Below, piece by piece: positions 50,330 through 63,050 of a stretch of DNA of 64,000 bases. This DNA is from Vicugna vicugna. Lineage: Eukaryota. The stretch's first letter is position 1. Each line of letters opens with the position of its first letter. Both the position numbers and the translations under genes were made by a program. The notes beneath the pieces were generated by a model. That model ran no database searches and was not told the origin of the DNA. It worked only from the letters and a program-made list of their open reading frames with translations. The stretch lies in NCBI GenBank assembly GCA_013265495.1, contig MU058059.1, forward strand, positions 248,001 to 312,000. Reading direction: 5' to 3'.

Positions 50330-51430
50330 AAATATGTTCTGGGCACTCATTAAGTACAAGCCACGAAGCTAGACTTTTGAGGGTTTACACATGAATGAGA
50401 CACAATCCCTGCCCTTCCCTAAAGCAGACTCTGCAGTAAGCAGGACCTGAACCTGTGCGTTGACCCTGAGCGGCTCCATCTTTACACGGAGGGCAACGGG
50501 CCGCTGCTGAAGGGCTTGGAGGAGGGGAGGGTCACGACCAGCTCTGCACTGAGACTGGCATGGGAAGTGCCTGGAGAGGACCAGACAGAAGGCCACCACA
50601 GTGATCGGGCATCGGAGTCAGTGTGGAAAGTGGAGAGAAGGATATGGACTGGAAAGACATGAAGGGCATAAAATCCACTAGTTTGAAGGTTAATGAGGTG
50701 GAGGTTATTCCCAAACTTCAATGTGGGCTTCTGGAGAGATGATGGTGCCACTTGCAGAGATGTGAAACACAGGAAGAATGCAGGTGTAATCTTGGCGGAA
50801 ATGATGAGATGCATTTGGGGCAGATTTTTAGGTGGGAGGTGTAGATAGCCACACACACACACCCCAATATTCTAACAGCTACTGATAACCACAGGCAGCC
50901 TCCGGCCCTCTCCAGAGAACGTTTTCTCAGAGTAACAAGACAAAGACAAGAACATGTCTTGGGCCCCCAAGATTTAGGTAGCAATTAGCCTGACAAGAAG
51001 ATCAGAGATCAGCCAGACCCAGGGGAGGAAAATCAAAGTGGCGAGTGGAGGGAATGTCCTGGAAACCAAAGGGGAACAAAGACAACATGGTGCAGGGTGA
51101 TTCAGAGTCCAGGTAGGAAGACCTCTCGATTTAGCACCAAAGAGTCTTCTGGGTCTTTGGACAGAGACGTTTCAGTGGAGGCCAGAGAGCCGTGGCGCGA
51201 GAAGCAGCTGACGCAGAAGTGAAAAGGAGGAGACGTTACGTGAAGACACACCTCCAAGAAGCTCCGCCAACTCCGAGGCCATGAAGCAGCATGCAGACGG
51301 ACAAGTGGTCAAGAGGGGGCCTTGATCTGTGGGTGTTTGAAGACACAAATGTCTCAAGAGCCAAGAGAGAGAAATATCGCAGACCCAAGAGAAAGTGAGA
51401 GGAACAGATGAAGTGATCAAGAGGCAGGTG
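50330..51430 (+). mobile_element. L2 element
   Basis: 'cacaatccctgcccttcc', 'gatggtgccacttgcagagatg', 'agacgtttcagtggaggccagagagcc'. Confidence 0.6.
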
Positions 51431-52703
51431 GAGACGGGGAACAGAGTGCTGGACCACTGATAACTCAGAGCATACAGATACTGGTTCAGGAGGCGGCATT
51501 TTCCTTTACTTTCTTTTCATTTGGGAAAGCATTCAGTATAAAACCCCATGTGTGACTCTGATTTCATCCACTGAATCGTTCATTTTTTCTATTCATTTAA
51601 TAAGATTTATCAAAGGTCTGTCTTGTCCAGATGCTGTGTTAGGCACACAGAGGACATAGCAAAATCAAACAAGGTCCCTGACCACAAGGAACTCACTCCC
51701 TTAGGGGAGGGGTGGAGGCGGCGGGTACACAGAGACATCTGCAATTCCAAGGCAATCTGAGGCATCTTAGCAGTGCTTTATAGTTTGCAGTGAGTACAGA
51801 AAAGCCCTACGTACTTCTCTATCTCTTAGTCCACCTTCTCTAACGGCAAACCACAGTCTCATAAATGTTGACCACTGGATGGTGAGATTAGTTATTAATC
51901 TAGCAGGGGACTGGAATTAATTAACCTTAGCAGTGAACTGCATTTTGACCTTGTCTAATCAGGCCAATTTTCCACTCCAGAGAACATGATTAATTATCTG
52001 GTTCATTCAGGGAAGGAACCCCGAAAGAACAAAACATACCAACACACACCAGAATTTGAACCTTAATTATTAGGATTATAGTATATCTCTCTTTCCTCTG
52101 ATAAGAAAATGCACAATGAAATAAAGACAATACTTCAGACCTATAAATAGTTAAGGGAAGTGGAAAATTCAGGCTAATTTGTCAGGAAAGCTGAGATTTA
52201 TTTTGCTGTAATATCAACTGTATTCTTTTTATTCACTTTATTTCATTGCATTTTGCACCAGCTATGCTTTTTATAAGATGCAAGATACCGTTGTGCTACT
52301 AACATCCTAAATACCTAATAGAGAAAAATGTGAGAAACTCTTCTGAAATATGTCAAAATTCTGCCATGTGCATAAATTATTTTTATTGTGTACATTTAAA
52401 CAGCACTCTTGATTATTAAAAAAAACCCTTCAATGTGAAAACACAATGATATCCAGATGTACATCAACTGAGAGAGATCACAGTGAAATATTGTAAAATA
52501 AATGCTAAGGACAAAGTTCTACTTTATGTAGCACTTATGACCTATGTCAGCATTTAAAGATAGATTTACACAACTTGCAAGATTTTCAAGAGAAAGAGTG
52601 ACCATGTTAAGAGATACTGACGGGGTGAAAGAGTTTCATTCTTTGTATAGTACAGCCAGACCATCCAGGTTTCTGCCGGCTGCACTGCTGTGCTCTTACT
52701 CAC

Positions 52704-52785
52704 TTGGCTTACCAAATGAACCTTCAAAGGAAATGCTCTCAGAAACACAGCCACCATTCTGATACTTCAGACAGTATTTCTGGTT
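52704..52785 (-). other. Candidate exon with tandem donors 9 nt apart (73 or 82 nt); open frame NQKYCLKYQNGGCVSESISFEGSF
   Basis: cccttttacttgtcacatag| acceptor; TTG|gtaagc and CAA|gtgagt donors. Confidence 0.35.
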
Positions 52786-53259
52786 CTATGTGACAAGTAA
52801 AAGGGATATTTCTCCTCGGTCCCTTCATTAAAACAGATTGGCTCATTTACTGGCCAAAAGGGAAGAGGTTCAGCTTTAATTCAGAGCATCCTCTCTCTGC
52901 CAAGGACGTTGGCAGATATTAAATACACACAAGTATTGGTTTGGTGTGTTTTTAAGAGGCACTAATGCAGTTTCCACAGCAAAGGTAAAACATCGCAGCA
53001 CTGGCAGGGCGGCTTCTCTTTAAGGTCAGTGTAGCTTTTCCTCGCCCAAAGTGTGAACAGGAACTGATTTTGGAAGGAGGAGGGCCACTGAGAATTCACC
53101 AGAACAGGTCAAGGTTTGTACCAAAGAAGCCAAGACAAAAAGGAATAAGCACGGTGCAATTTTAGATCATGTTGCTTCCTGCAAATTCACTGCCTCGTAT
53201 TAAATTAGTTACTCCGCCTTTAATTTTCTTCCTTATTATCTTTTAACCATATTCACAAA

Positions 53260-53850
53260 CCACCCATGGACATGGAATACCCAGGTATCTAGATCTTCTA
53301 GGATTTCTCTCATCAGAGTTTATTCCTCATATAGATCCTATCCATACTTTTTTCGATTTTTATCTAAGTATTTTCACCTTTGGTGCTAATGTAAATGTTA
53401 TTTTTAGTTCAAATACCAATTGTTCATTGTTGGTATATAAAAAATTGACTTTTGTATATTAACTTTGTATCCTTTAACCTTGATGTAATTGCTTATTAGT
53501 TCCACTAGTGTTTCTGTCAATTTCTCTGTCTCTTCTACATAAACAATCATGTCTTCTGTGGACAGGCAGCTTTATTTCATCTTCCTTAATCTGTATAATT
53601 TTTATTTCCTCTTTGGTCTTATTGCATTAGTAGGTCTTCCAGGACAATGTTGAATGGGGGTGGTGACAGGGGACATCCTTGGCTTGGTCTCAATCTTAGG
53701 GGGGAAAAGTCTGGTTTCTCAGCATTAAGTATGTTAGACATAGGATGTTCGTAGATGTTCTTCATCAAGTTGAAGTTCTCTGTATTCCTAGCTTGCTGCG
53801 AGCTTTTACCATGAATGGCTGTTGGGATTTTGTTAAATGCTTTTTCTGAG
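53260..53850 (-). mobile_element. L1M ORF2 (RT region) fragment
   Basis: 'gacttttgtatattaactttgtatcc...ggacaatgttgaat...gggacatccttggcttgg...gttgggattttgttaaatgctttttctg'. Confidence 0.85.
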
Positions 53851-53989
53851 GATTAGACATGCTTGTTCTCTGTTTCTATCTACAATTACTCCTCCTAGTC
53901 GCATGGGAGAAAAGAACTATTCATTGAGACACATGATATTTTGGTAGGCCACTGTCTCTCTCTCCTTGTCACCAGAGGCTAAAGGTAAC

Positions 53990-55950
53990 CAGATGACTCT
54001 TTATTCATCAGAGCTGTTGGCACCAGCATACAAGCTCTCCTTCCTTCTGTGACAATGGATGTCTTCATTCCACAAATGGAGAGCCCACCCAGCCTCTCAG
54101 CCCCTTTCTCCAAGTCGCGTAATCTACCTACTTCCACACTCACATTCCAAAATGTGAAATCTCTTCAAATCCCAAATCATTAACTCTGAAACCACTTGTT
54201 ACCTAGACCTCCTCTTCTTTGAGCTTATATGTTCAATGGCTTCCTCTGCTCCATCATCAAAACCTCCACTTTGATCTAGCCTCACCTCAGTACATCAGAT
54301 CTTTCTTACCTTCACTTCATTCTTTTTCGAGCTTAGATTCCATGGGTCAGAGTTTTAGTTTCTCTCTTGCCAAGAACTTAGTATCCTTTGTCCTTATTTC
54401 TTCACTTCCATCTGGCAAAACCCCAACTGTGGATGAATACAACTCAACTGCTTTATTTTGCCTACATCTGAGCAAATTCAGCTAGAGAAATCACAAGAGG
54501 GAAGACGATGACACTGTAAATTTAAAATCAGAAAAATCAAATTTGCCCTCAGGACTGTTTAGCAATTTGACTGTATTTTTTGTTCCATTCTCTCTACTCT
54601 TATCCTTGGTGAACGTTTCAAAACCTCTCCACTCTCCTCGACCTAAGGCACCTTCCTTAATTTTCTCCATTGTCCAGGAGATTTCTTGTGTTCTATGTCA
54701 CAAAGAGAAACCATCATACATTTTGAAATTTCATCCAGTACCCTCTAACAAACCTCCCAATCTATCTAGATGAGCTCTTACCATTTTTTCCTCTAATTTT
54801 TATTTCATTACTGAGGGAGAAGTTATTCCTCTCTATGAGGCCACCCTCATACTTGGATCCTATTCCTTAGAAAAATATCAACCAGACCTTATTTCCCCAA
54901 TATATTCAATAATTCTCTTACAGTTAGATTCTTCCCCATCATAGTTAAACATCATCAATTATCTCCCTCTAAAAAGAAAACCTCAACTCATATGGCCTTC
55001 CATTTCCCATTCTCCTCATTAACAATGAAAACAATGAAAAAAAATCAAAGCTTAGCCATACTACATTATATATTTAATTGAAACATTTCCCCCACCCATT
55101 GCTACCCCCATTCACATTAGATTTGGTCATGTGACTTTCTTTAGTTAACGAAATACATGTGAAAGTGGTACGTGCCACTTTTAAGAAGCTTTTAGAGTCA
55201 CTGCATGATCTTGCCACTTACTTTTTTTCTTCCACTGTAGGACCAATAATGTCACAGATAGTGGCTGACAGTTCATTCTGGTTCTGAATAATTCAGGACA
55301 TCAGCCCTGCTGATGGGTAATGGCTGAGGAAGAAATCAACCTTTGTGATCATATGCCCACTGAAATTTCAAGGGTGCTTTTTTTATTACCTCATACTTTA
55401 GCCTGCATTGACTTGTACATGACTTCTTGCCTCCATTTTCTCCCCCTCCATTTGTATTCAGTCCACTAAATCTGACTTAAATCTGTCTCATTTAAACAGT
55501 CCATTGCAATCTGTGAACACAGGCTATTCCTGACTCCTCTCTAACTCCTTGTTGCTTACTTGTAGTGCTTGTTCCTCATTTCCTTGGCCATTAAATACTA
55601 GACTTTCTCAAGATCCATCCTAAGACTTCATTCCTTCTCATTCTACATTATGATCTTAAAAAATCTAAACAAACTTATTATTTTATTTTCTTCCTTTATT
55701 TTTTATAAAGTCCAAACTTAAATGTTCAACCCAAACTTATCTGCATTTCTGACATACATATGTATCAAAATGTCTTTCTATCTCCACTTCCATATCTTAA
55801 ATACACATTGTATTCAGTATCTCCAAAACTGGGTTTGTTCCCAGTGTTTATTTCATTTTCTCTCGTTTCCTCATAAGCTTCATGAGACAGAGCCCATGCC
55901 TGTTTTTTGGCTTTTATCGTACCTTTGAGAAGGTGCAAAAATTCCAAGCA
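53990..55950 (-). mobile_element. Long decayed L2, interrupted by an MLT1 LTR
   Basis: C/T-rich antisense L2 text 'ctggcaaaaccccaactgtggatgaatacaac', 'ccttggccattaaatactagactttctcaagatccatcctaagac'. Confidence 0.6.
55085..55419 (+). mobile_element. MaLR MLT1(I/J)-like LTR
   Basis: 'ttagatttggtcatgtgactttctttagttaacgaaat...gtgccactttt...aaatcaacctttgtg...ccactgaaattt...ttagcctgcattgacttgtaca'. Confidence 0.7.
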
Positions 55951-55979
55951 TGATAAATTAAAAAAAAAAACAATTACAT

Positions 55980-56600
55980 ATGTCAGGGTGAAACTGCAGA
56001 TAAAGATGTAACTTTAAAAGTGAAAAGAAAAGGTAGTTTGTCATTAGAGGATTATTAGACTATAGTCAGACAGCTGATTCCCCAGTGGAAGCCAGAAGTA
56101 AGTGGAATAATATATTTAAGAGGCTACAAGAAAATACTCTCAACTTAGAATTGTATATTCAGTCAAAATATCTTTCAAGAACAAAACAGAATTACAGACT
56201 TTTTCATATAAATCAAAAATTTAAGAGCATGTAGGGCTACTGGCTCCTCTCTAAAAGGAATTCCAGAAGATGTATTTTAGACAGAAGGAAAATGACACCA
56301 GATGGAAGTCTGAGATGCAAGAATAATGAGGGAGAGGAAAGTGGCAAATATGTGGGTAAATCTATACAAACATTTACTGAATAAAACTGTAATGTCCAAT
56401 TTGGAGGAGTTAAATACAGAAGAAAAATGAAAGGACATAATTTAAGATGGGAATGACAAAGAATACTGAGGGAAGGATATACGTTCAGGATACTGTCACC
56501 ATTTACTTTTAAAACTGTGTGTAGGTTACATGTATGTTTAGTGTATTGTCTTTCTTTTTCTCTTATAGATGTTTTACAAATATTGCTTTCATTAACTAAT
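55980..56600 (+). mobile_element. L1ME/HAL1-type ORF1 fragment
   Basis: 'gaagccagaagtaagtggaataatatatttaag...caacttagaattgtatattcagtcaaaatatctttcaagaac'. Confidence 0.65.
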
Positions 56601-57719
56601 TTTTAATAAAAACATAAAAATGCATTTCTTTATTGTCAGCTGAGTATGAAACATATTTATGGAGAAGTAAAATTTATAATTCATCAGAGAGTAAGACCAA
56701 CCTAGTTTACTCTTCCTCATATATCCTAAATTGTAGAAGTATTCCAATAACTGGTCCATGTTTTAAAACCCTGCAGGTTTGTGGCTTAGTCTGTAAAAAA
56801 TTCTGCACCAAAAAAGTTGCAGCCTTTTATGTTGTGCTCTGCGGTATTAGCGGGTGCTTCTGAAATCTGGACAATATGTGCTAACTGCAAAAAAACACAG
56901 TAATACTTTTTTTGTTTTAAAGGAAATGATCAAGTTGACATAGTTAGAAAAATGTGATAAGTGAGGTCATCTGGAATTTCATTACCTATAATGATCTTAA
57001 TAAATCTCAAGATTATGTAACAACAGCTGAAGGTCATTAGCTATGTAAAGGCATTACTATAATTCTAAAAACTACTCCAAATTATTATATTTCTCCGCCA
57101 GAAATGCAAATTTTCTTGAAGCTGTAATAGAGACAAACTTCTTCCAGCATCTAGTTGTATAACACAAAACATCACCATTCCCAGCCACAGAGGACAAAGA
57201 ATTTGTCTTAAGGGTGTCATCACGACAGTTGCTCAGAGGTCCTGCCATAGAAGAGAAGATGCCCACAACAAAGAGCCTAATCATTTGAACTAAGTTTTTA
57301 GCTGTAATCTCATAACATCTTTATGAGACAATGGTTTCCATCATTTCAGTACAACATGGGAAATTTTAGCTAGAGAAAGCGGAAAAGCACAATGCACTGT
57401 TGAAAACTAGAGCAGCGGCGTGAAATCTGTCCATGGTCCTGAAGAGGCCACCCACCGGGGTCATTGCATGGTCAACACATATAAATTAATTTCAAGATTA
57501 CTTATCAGGCACTTTTTCTTGCATTATTTACTGTCTGATATGTTACCTTTTGAGAAGAAACACATGCTGCATCCAGGGATATTGAAATTATTTCAATTTA
57601 TATTAATATTTGAATAAAATCTCAAACAACTACAAATTTTTCCTCATATGATGTACAATTAAAGTATGACATAAGATCAGAATGCCTGCTATCAACAAAG
57701 CATTTTCCTATGAAAGTAC

Positions 57720-58200
57720 GCTGGTGTTTCCCCATTATTCCCTATCCAAGATCCCTTCCGCACACCTCTCAACCCCGCTCTGGAAGCCTGGGTGGCTGAT
57801 CTCTGGGACATACTGTCACACCGGCTGAGACTTCTGACTGCATTCTGTCTGTAAGGAGCATCTGCAGGAGAGGAGATCAGCGGGCAGGCTGAGAGAACAG
57901 GAGACTGAGGCATCTCCTCTCTGCATATTTATGGCCATGGCTGACTTGGTCAGAACAGTTATAACCTTTGAAAGCTACTGCTTCCACTGAGTGAGCTCTC
58001 TTTCAGGGCTCTAGATCTCTCTGGGCTCATCCCCCTGTTTCGTAGTTTTTAACAGATATAACTTTTCCCTACCCTTGCTATTCTCCGGGTACTTCAACAT
58101 TTTTTGTTTCCTTGTTCTTGTCAACCACTGTGTAAGTAGACTGTTCTTTTAAAAAGTTTCTTCGTTTTAAACTATCTGAGTGCCAGGACCATGAGTGATA
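57720..58200. mobile_element. ERVL LTR33-like remnant
   Basis: 'ggagcatctgcaggagaggagatcagcgggcaggctgagag...cagctactgc'-like layout and 'ctatctgagtgccaggaccatgagtgataca' end. Confidence 0.4.
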
Positions 58201-59179
58201 CAGAAAGTATTTGAACCATAACTAGTATATCCAATTGGGAAGACAGAATATTAGTAGACAAGCAGTGAACATTAAATCCCCATACAATATACATGCTAGA
58301 GGGAACAGGCTACAAGCACTATGAAAGCAAATACATGGCTACTTTTCTACATAATTCAAGACTAGCTCATGCAGCCATCATTAATGGTAGGTACCAATAA
58401 ATATTTTTAAAAATATTTGGAGTTTACTAAGAAGTTAGCTCAAAATTTTAGAATAAGTTTAAAATTTTAAATTTTAGAATTTTAGAATAATTTTAAAACC
58501 AAGGATTCCTTTAGTCACACTTAGGCTTATTTCTTTCACCCACTAGTTTCACAAAGAGGAAAAATTGGGTATAAACCCAAAGACTCCCCCCAGAATTCCT
58601 GCCGCCCAACACATAAACAGATGCCATTGGTCAAGAATGCAACATTAGTTACAGAAAAAAATTATCTGACCTCTTACTCTATGGATAGGTGGTTAACATT
58701 AAAAAAATTCTTCATACTTGAAAGTAGCTAAACTTGAGTTTAAATGTGGCTTAAGGTATTCCTACTTACATAGAAGATACAATTATACTAATTGATGGGC
58801 TATAGCATATGGAAAAGAAAAATCATAAATGGTTAGACTTGTCTTCTCAGTAATGACCTTCCTGAAATAAATCAGCATGCTGAAGATCTGCTGGTTGATC
58901 TAATAAATACTCCATTTTCTGAATGAAGGCATAAAGATGATAATAGTGCAACAGAATTAATAAGACAAGGTTGTTGTAAAGGACATTTCTGCAGAAATAG
59001 TTCAAGAGCCTGGAACTTATTACCAACTTTAAAATTCAGATATTTAGGGTGGGAGAGCAATGTTTAAGACATTGTAACAAATCTGAGAAATTTTGCGATT
59101 TCTGGTTTTGGGACTTCAAGAGAGTTACTCAATGCAATGGAAAAGTCAAGGATAAATTCCTGATATAGTTCATTGAAAC

Positions 59180-59672
59180 AATATTCCATTGTATAAATAT
59201 GGAATACTACTCAGCCATAAAAACCGACAACATAATGCCATTTGCAGCAACATGGATGCTCCTGGAGAGTGTCATTCTATAAGCCAGAAGGAGAAAGAAA
59301 AATACCATATGAGATTGCTCCTATGTGGAATCTAAAAACATTAGAACAAACAAAGCATAAATACAAAACAGAAATAGACTCACAGACATAGAATACAAAC
59401 TTGTGGTTGCCAAGGGGGTGGGGGGGTGGGAAGAGATAGACTGGGATTTCAAAATTGTAGAATAGATAAACAAGATTATACTGTATAGCACAGGAAAATA
59501 TACACAAGATCTTATGGTAGATCACAGAGAAAGGAATGTGACAATGAATATATATATGTTCATGTACAACCGAAAAATTGTGCTCTACACTGGAATTTGA
59601 TACAACATTGTACAATGATTATAAATCAATAAAAAAATGTTAAAAAAAAAGAAGAGAAAAAAAAAGAAAAAA
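59180..59672 (+). mobile_element. Young L1 3' end with long A tail and a short inverted 5' piece
   Basis: 'ggaatactactcagccataaaaaccgacaacataatgccatttgcagcaacatgg...ctgtatagcacaggaaaatatacacaag...aataaaaaaatgttaaaaaaaaa'. Confidence 0.9.
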
Positions 59673-60183
59673 ATATAGCAGCCAATACATTTGAAATAAT
59701 CACCCCCCCCCAAAAAAAGTGACACTAAACATAATAGGTGACATGTGAAACTGTTATAAGTTTTCTTTGGAGGCTGAGTCTTCAGCAGATCTACAGTCTT
59801 AGGTTTAGCCAAGTTTTGTTTTTTCAAACAATGGGAATGTATCTCATTCATAGTACTGTGGAAGATAACAGAAGTAGTTTCAAATAGGGGCAAATATAAG
59901 AAAAATGAGTATTTAAAGTTTAATCATCATTCAGCTCGGTAGATTTCGGTCTCCATTAGCTAGCTTACTCTCACTACTCTCTAGGATATAAGCTCATGTT
60001 TCATTAAGCATTAAACTCCAAATTCTGTAGCAACTAATATCATTGATCATCTGATGTAAGTTCTAAAACATCCTAAGTAACATTAAAGGGGTACAATATT
60101 TGTCTATTGTATGTAGTATCATCTCCATCATCTCCTTAGTCAGAATGGCATTTGATGAAATTACATGTTACAATTTAAGTAAC

Positions 60184-60680
60184 TGTATTGATATCAATTA
60201 ACACATAACCAATCACTCTAAACCTTAATAACTTAAGACAATAATCATCATCAATTTGGTATTTTTGGCGCAAAGTCTCTCACGAGATTGAAGTCAGGTG
60301 TTAGCTGGGCTATGGCCATCAGAAGGTCTAACTGAGGCTAGAAAATCAATTTACTAGAAGGTTCACATACATGCTTAGTAGTTGGTGCTGACTGTTAGCC
60401 AGTGGTCTCACTCCTTTCCACATGGGACTCTCCCCCACACCCCCATCTGCATGAAGAGTCCTCACAGCATGGAGGCCAACTTGCTCCCAGGGCAAGCGAC
60501 CCAAGAGGCCAAGGTGAAAACCACAACAGCCTTGGAGGACTTAGTCTCAGAAAGCACAAGCCGTCCCTTTTGCAGTATTCTGGTACACAGGTCAATCCTG
60601 ATTCAATGTGAAAGAGACACACACAAGTATGGGAATATAAAAGGCAAGGATCACAGGAGACTATATTGTAGCTTGTCTGC
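60184..60680 (-). mobile_element. MaLR MLT1-like LTR
   Basis: 'tgtattgatatc...cataaccaatcactctaaaccttaataacttaagacaat...gtcctcacagcatggaggcc...ttttgcagtattctgg'. Confidence 0.7.
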
Positions 60681-60729
60681 CAGAGTAACTAATTATGGGA
60701 ACCATGACTTCTCATGAACTATGTCGTTA

Positions 60730-61360
60730 TTTTAAAAAAACTTTTATCTTGAAAAACTTTGAGATTTATAAAAGAGTTATTACAGAGTCTCCTACATATA
60801 CCCTTCACCTAGTTCCCCTAAAGGTATCCTACACAACCACAGAACAATCAAAAACTAAGAAACGCTGGTACAATAACATGACCTAAACTAAAGATTTCCC
60901 CAGTTCTTCACTACTATTCTCTTTCTTGTCCTGGTCTATGCCAGAAAAAGCACACTGAACTTTGTTGTCTTCTCAGTTACACTCTGTGTGTTTCTGGGTC
61001 TTTCCCTGTCTTTCCAGATCTTGAAAATTTTGAAAAGTACTGGTCAGATATTTTGCACAATATCCCTTCATTTGGAATTTTCTGATATTTTCCTCACAAA
61101 TACGGGAGTTATGGGTTTGAGAGAAGGTGAAATGCCCTTTTTTAGCGCTTAGTATTAGGGCGTCTGATAAGTCATTAACCGTAACCTGGTTATGAAGACG
61201 TAGGCCAGTTCTCTGTGCTGTAGTTACAATTCTTCCTTTCCCATACTCTCTTTGTCATTAAGTCCTGCCTACATTCAAGGGAAAAGGAGTTAGGCACCAC
61301 TGCCCAGAGGGAGTATCACCAAAGAATGTATGTACATATGTCAAACCCACCACAGTGACC
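60730..61360 (-). mobile_element. L1MC-type 3'UTR
   Basis: 'gagtctcctacatatacccttcacctagttcccc...ttttgaaaagtactggtcagatattttgcacaatatccc'. Confidence 0.75.
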
Positions 61361-61998
61361 AATTAGCGTGTGACTGGCGATAGAAGATAATTTTCAGTGG
61401 GGACAGAGCATTGCAGAGGAAACACAAAACACCACAGGACATCTGGGAAAAGGTTTCTACTTCATTTTGACTGCTTGCAGCCTATCACCACTTCTTTATT
61501 TCCATTCTTATTTTTGTATGAGTAAACCACATAAATTATATCTTCCTCTTGTCATGACTATATTACACCAAAAATTTAAAAAATGTTTTGACAAGCAGGG
61601 TTTCAAAGCCTAAATATCTCTGTTTTCACCCATGATTCAATTTGAGAAGAATTCGATATATCAGTAAACAATTACACCAGAAAAACTGTTCTCCAACCCC
61701 AAGATATGTAAAGTTTCTTGTTTTGCTTTGTTTTTAATTTCTTGGATGGAAGGTCAACTAGATATAACTATGATGGTCCCAGATGAATACTAATAGCAGT
61801 ACCAGGAACATTTCGATGAAGTACTGGAGAGGTTCCCAGGTAACATATTCTTAAGATTGCAAATTATATTAGCAGCACTAAAATTCAATTTTAATTAGCC
61901 ATGACACTCATATATACTTTAGAATTGATGAAGTGCTCTTCAGACTAACAATTCTTAATAAGCTCTGCTTAAATTTAATTTCTATTTCCATTTGACAG

Positions 61999-62054
61999 TA
62001 CCCAAGGAAAACTGGTGATTCAATACAACGATAATGTCGCCCAGTTCAAGGGCT
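61999..62054 (+). other. Candidate plus-strand exon (56 nt); only open frame TQGKLVIQYNDNVAQFKG
   Basis: ttaatttctatttccatttgacag| acceptor; GCT|gtaagt donor. Confidence 0.3.
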
Positions 62055-62929
62055 GTAAGTTTTCAGTTTGCTCTTATTCACCCAGCCAATTTAATTTCCA
62101 AATCACAAACTCTTCCACCCTCCCTTCTGGGAAAAGTAATTTCCTGTGAAAGATTTCTTTACATTTTAAACTTTGATTGATAGACTCACTATAACAAATG
62201 GAAAACATTTTATATAATCCAGTCCTTCCGTTTTATAAATTATCAAAAGTTGCACTTCTTTGAAACACATTTTAGCAAATATATATTCCTTTTGAGGAAT
62301 TATGATAAGTGAATGATTTTACTGCTGCTCTGATAACTAATGAGTACATAAGAGGGAGACACAGTCTCAGCCTCTACTCTCACTATGCTTCCTATTTGTG
62401 ATTTGAATACACCTTGACATGGTTTGTCTCCTTTCTTACTGATTAAAAAAAATGAATCTAAAAGAAGAGTTAGGACGTTTACTGAAGAATTAACAGAAAA
62501 GCACGTTATCCTAGGACTTATTCTTTAAAGTCTTCTTTTTCGGGGGGGTGGGGTGGTAATGAGATGAAAAAGAACATTTCAGAGCCTATTTGACCTCTTT
62601 TGCCAACGATATCCTGGCTTCTGCCCAGGTCAATGTTGTTCCCTTTCCTGAGCTCACCGAGGGCATCTTTGTCCCTCTTTTCTAACACTCATTTTACTCA
62701 AGCCTATTTTCCAGTTCAATGGAAGCACATCTTCTTCTGCTATTTGATGAAGTGCTCCTTGAAATCAGAGGACACAGCACAATCATCCTGCACCCTCACA
62801 GTGTCCAAAACACGGTGGGCATCCATTAAATAAGTGTTACATTGAGTTTTTAAAACATCTTTTGTTTTAACAATTCAAAATCAAATACAGTTTAATGAAG
62901 AAATCCACAAAAGTATTGTAAGGAAAAAA

Positions 62930-63050
62930 AAGTTGACCTACAAGGTGGGTGAAAGTGTTATCCTTATTTACAGACGTGTAAATTGAGGCTTAGGGATGGT
63001 AAGTGACCCAAGGATGTGGCTCCAGTGTCATATCCTCAACCACCACGTGA
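62930..63050 (-). mobile_element. MIR fragment
   Basis: 'ttatccttatttacagacgtgtaaattgaggcttagggatggtaagtgacccaagg'. Confidence 0.6.

Noticed and set aside
56711..56884. Minus-strand acceptor plus Kozak-like AACATGG giving MDQLLEYFYNLGYMRK
   Set aside because: Donor is weak (AGA|gtaaac) and joining to the 52785 exon terminates quickly; too speculative
61870..61878. tagcagcac, the miR-15/16 family 5' seed
   Set aside because: Rest of the mature sequence does not match and no precursor hairpin is evident
62533..62574. G-rich tract resembling a truncated camelid SINE tail (similar at 59695-59718)
   Set aside because: Too short and low-complexity; no TSD or tRNA head
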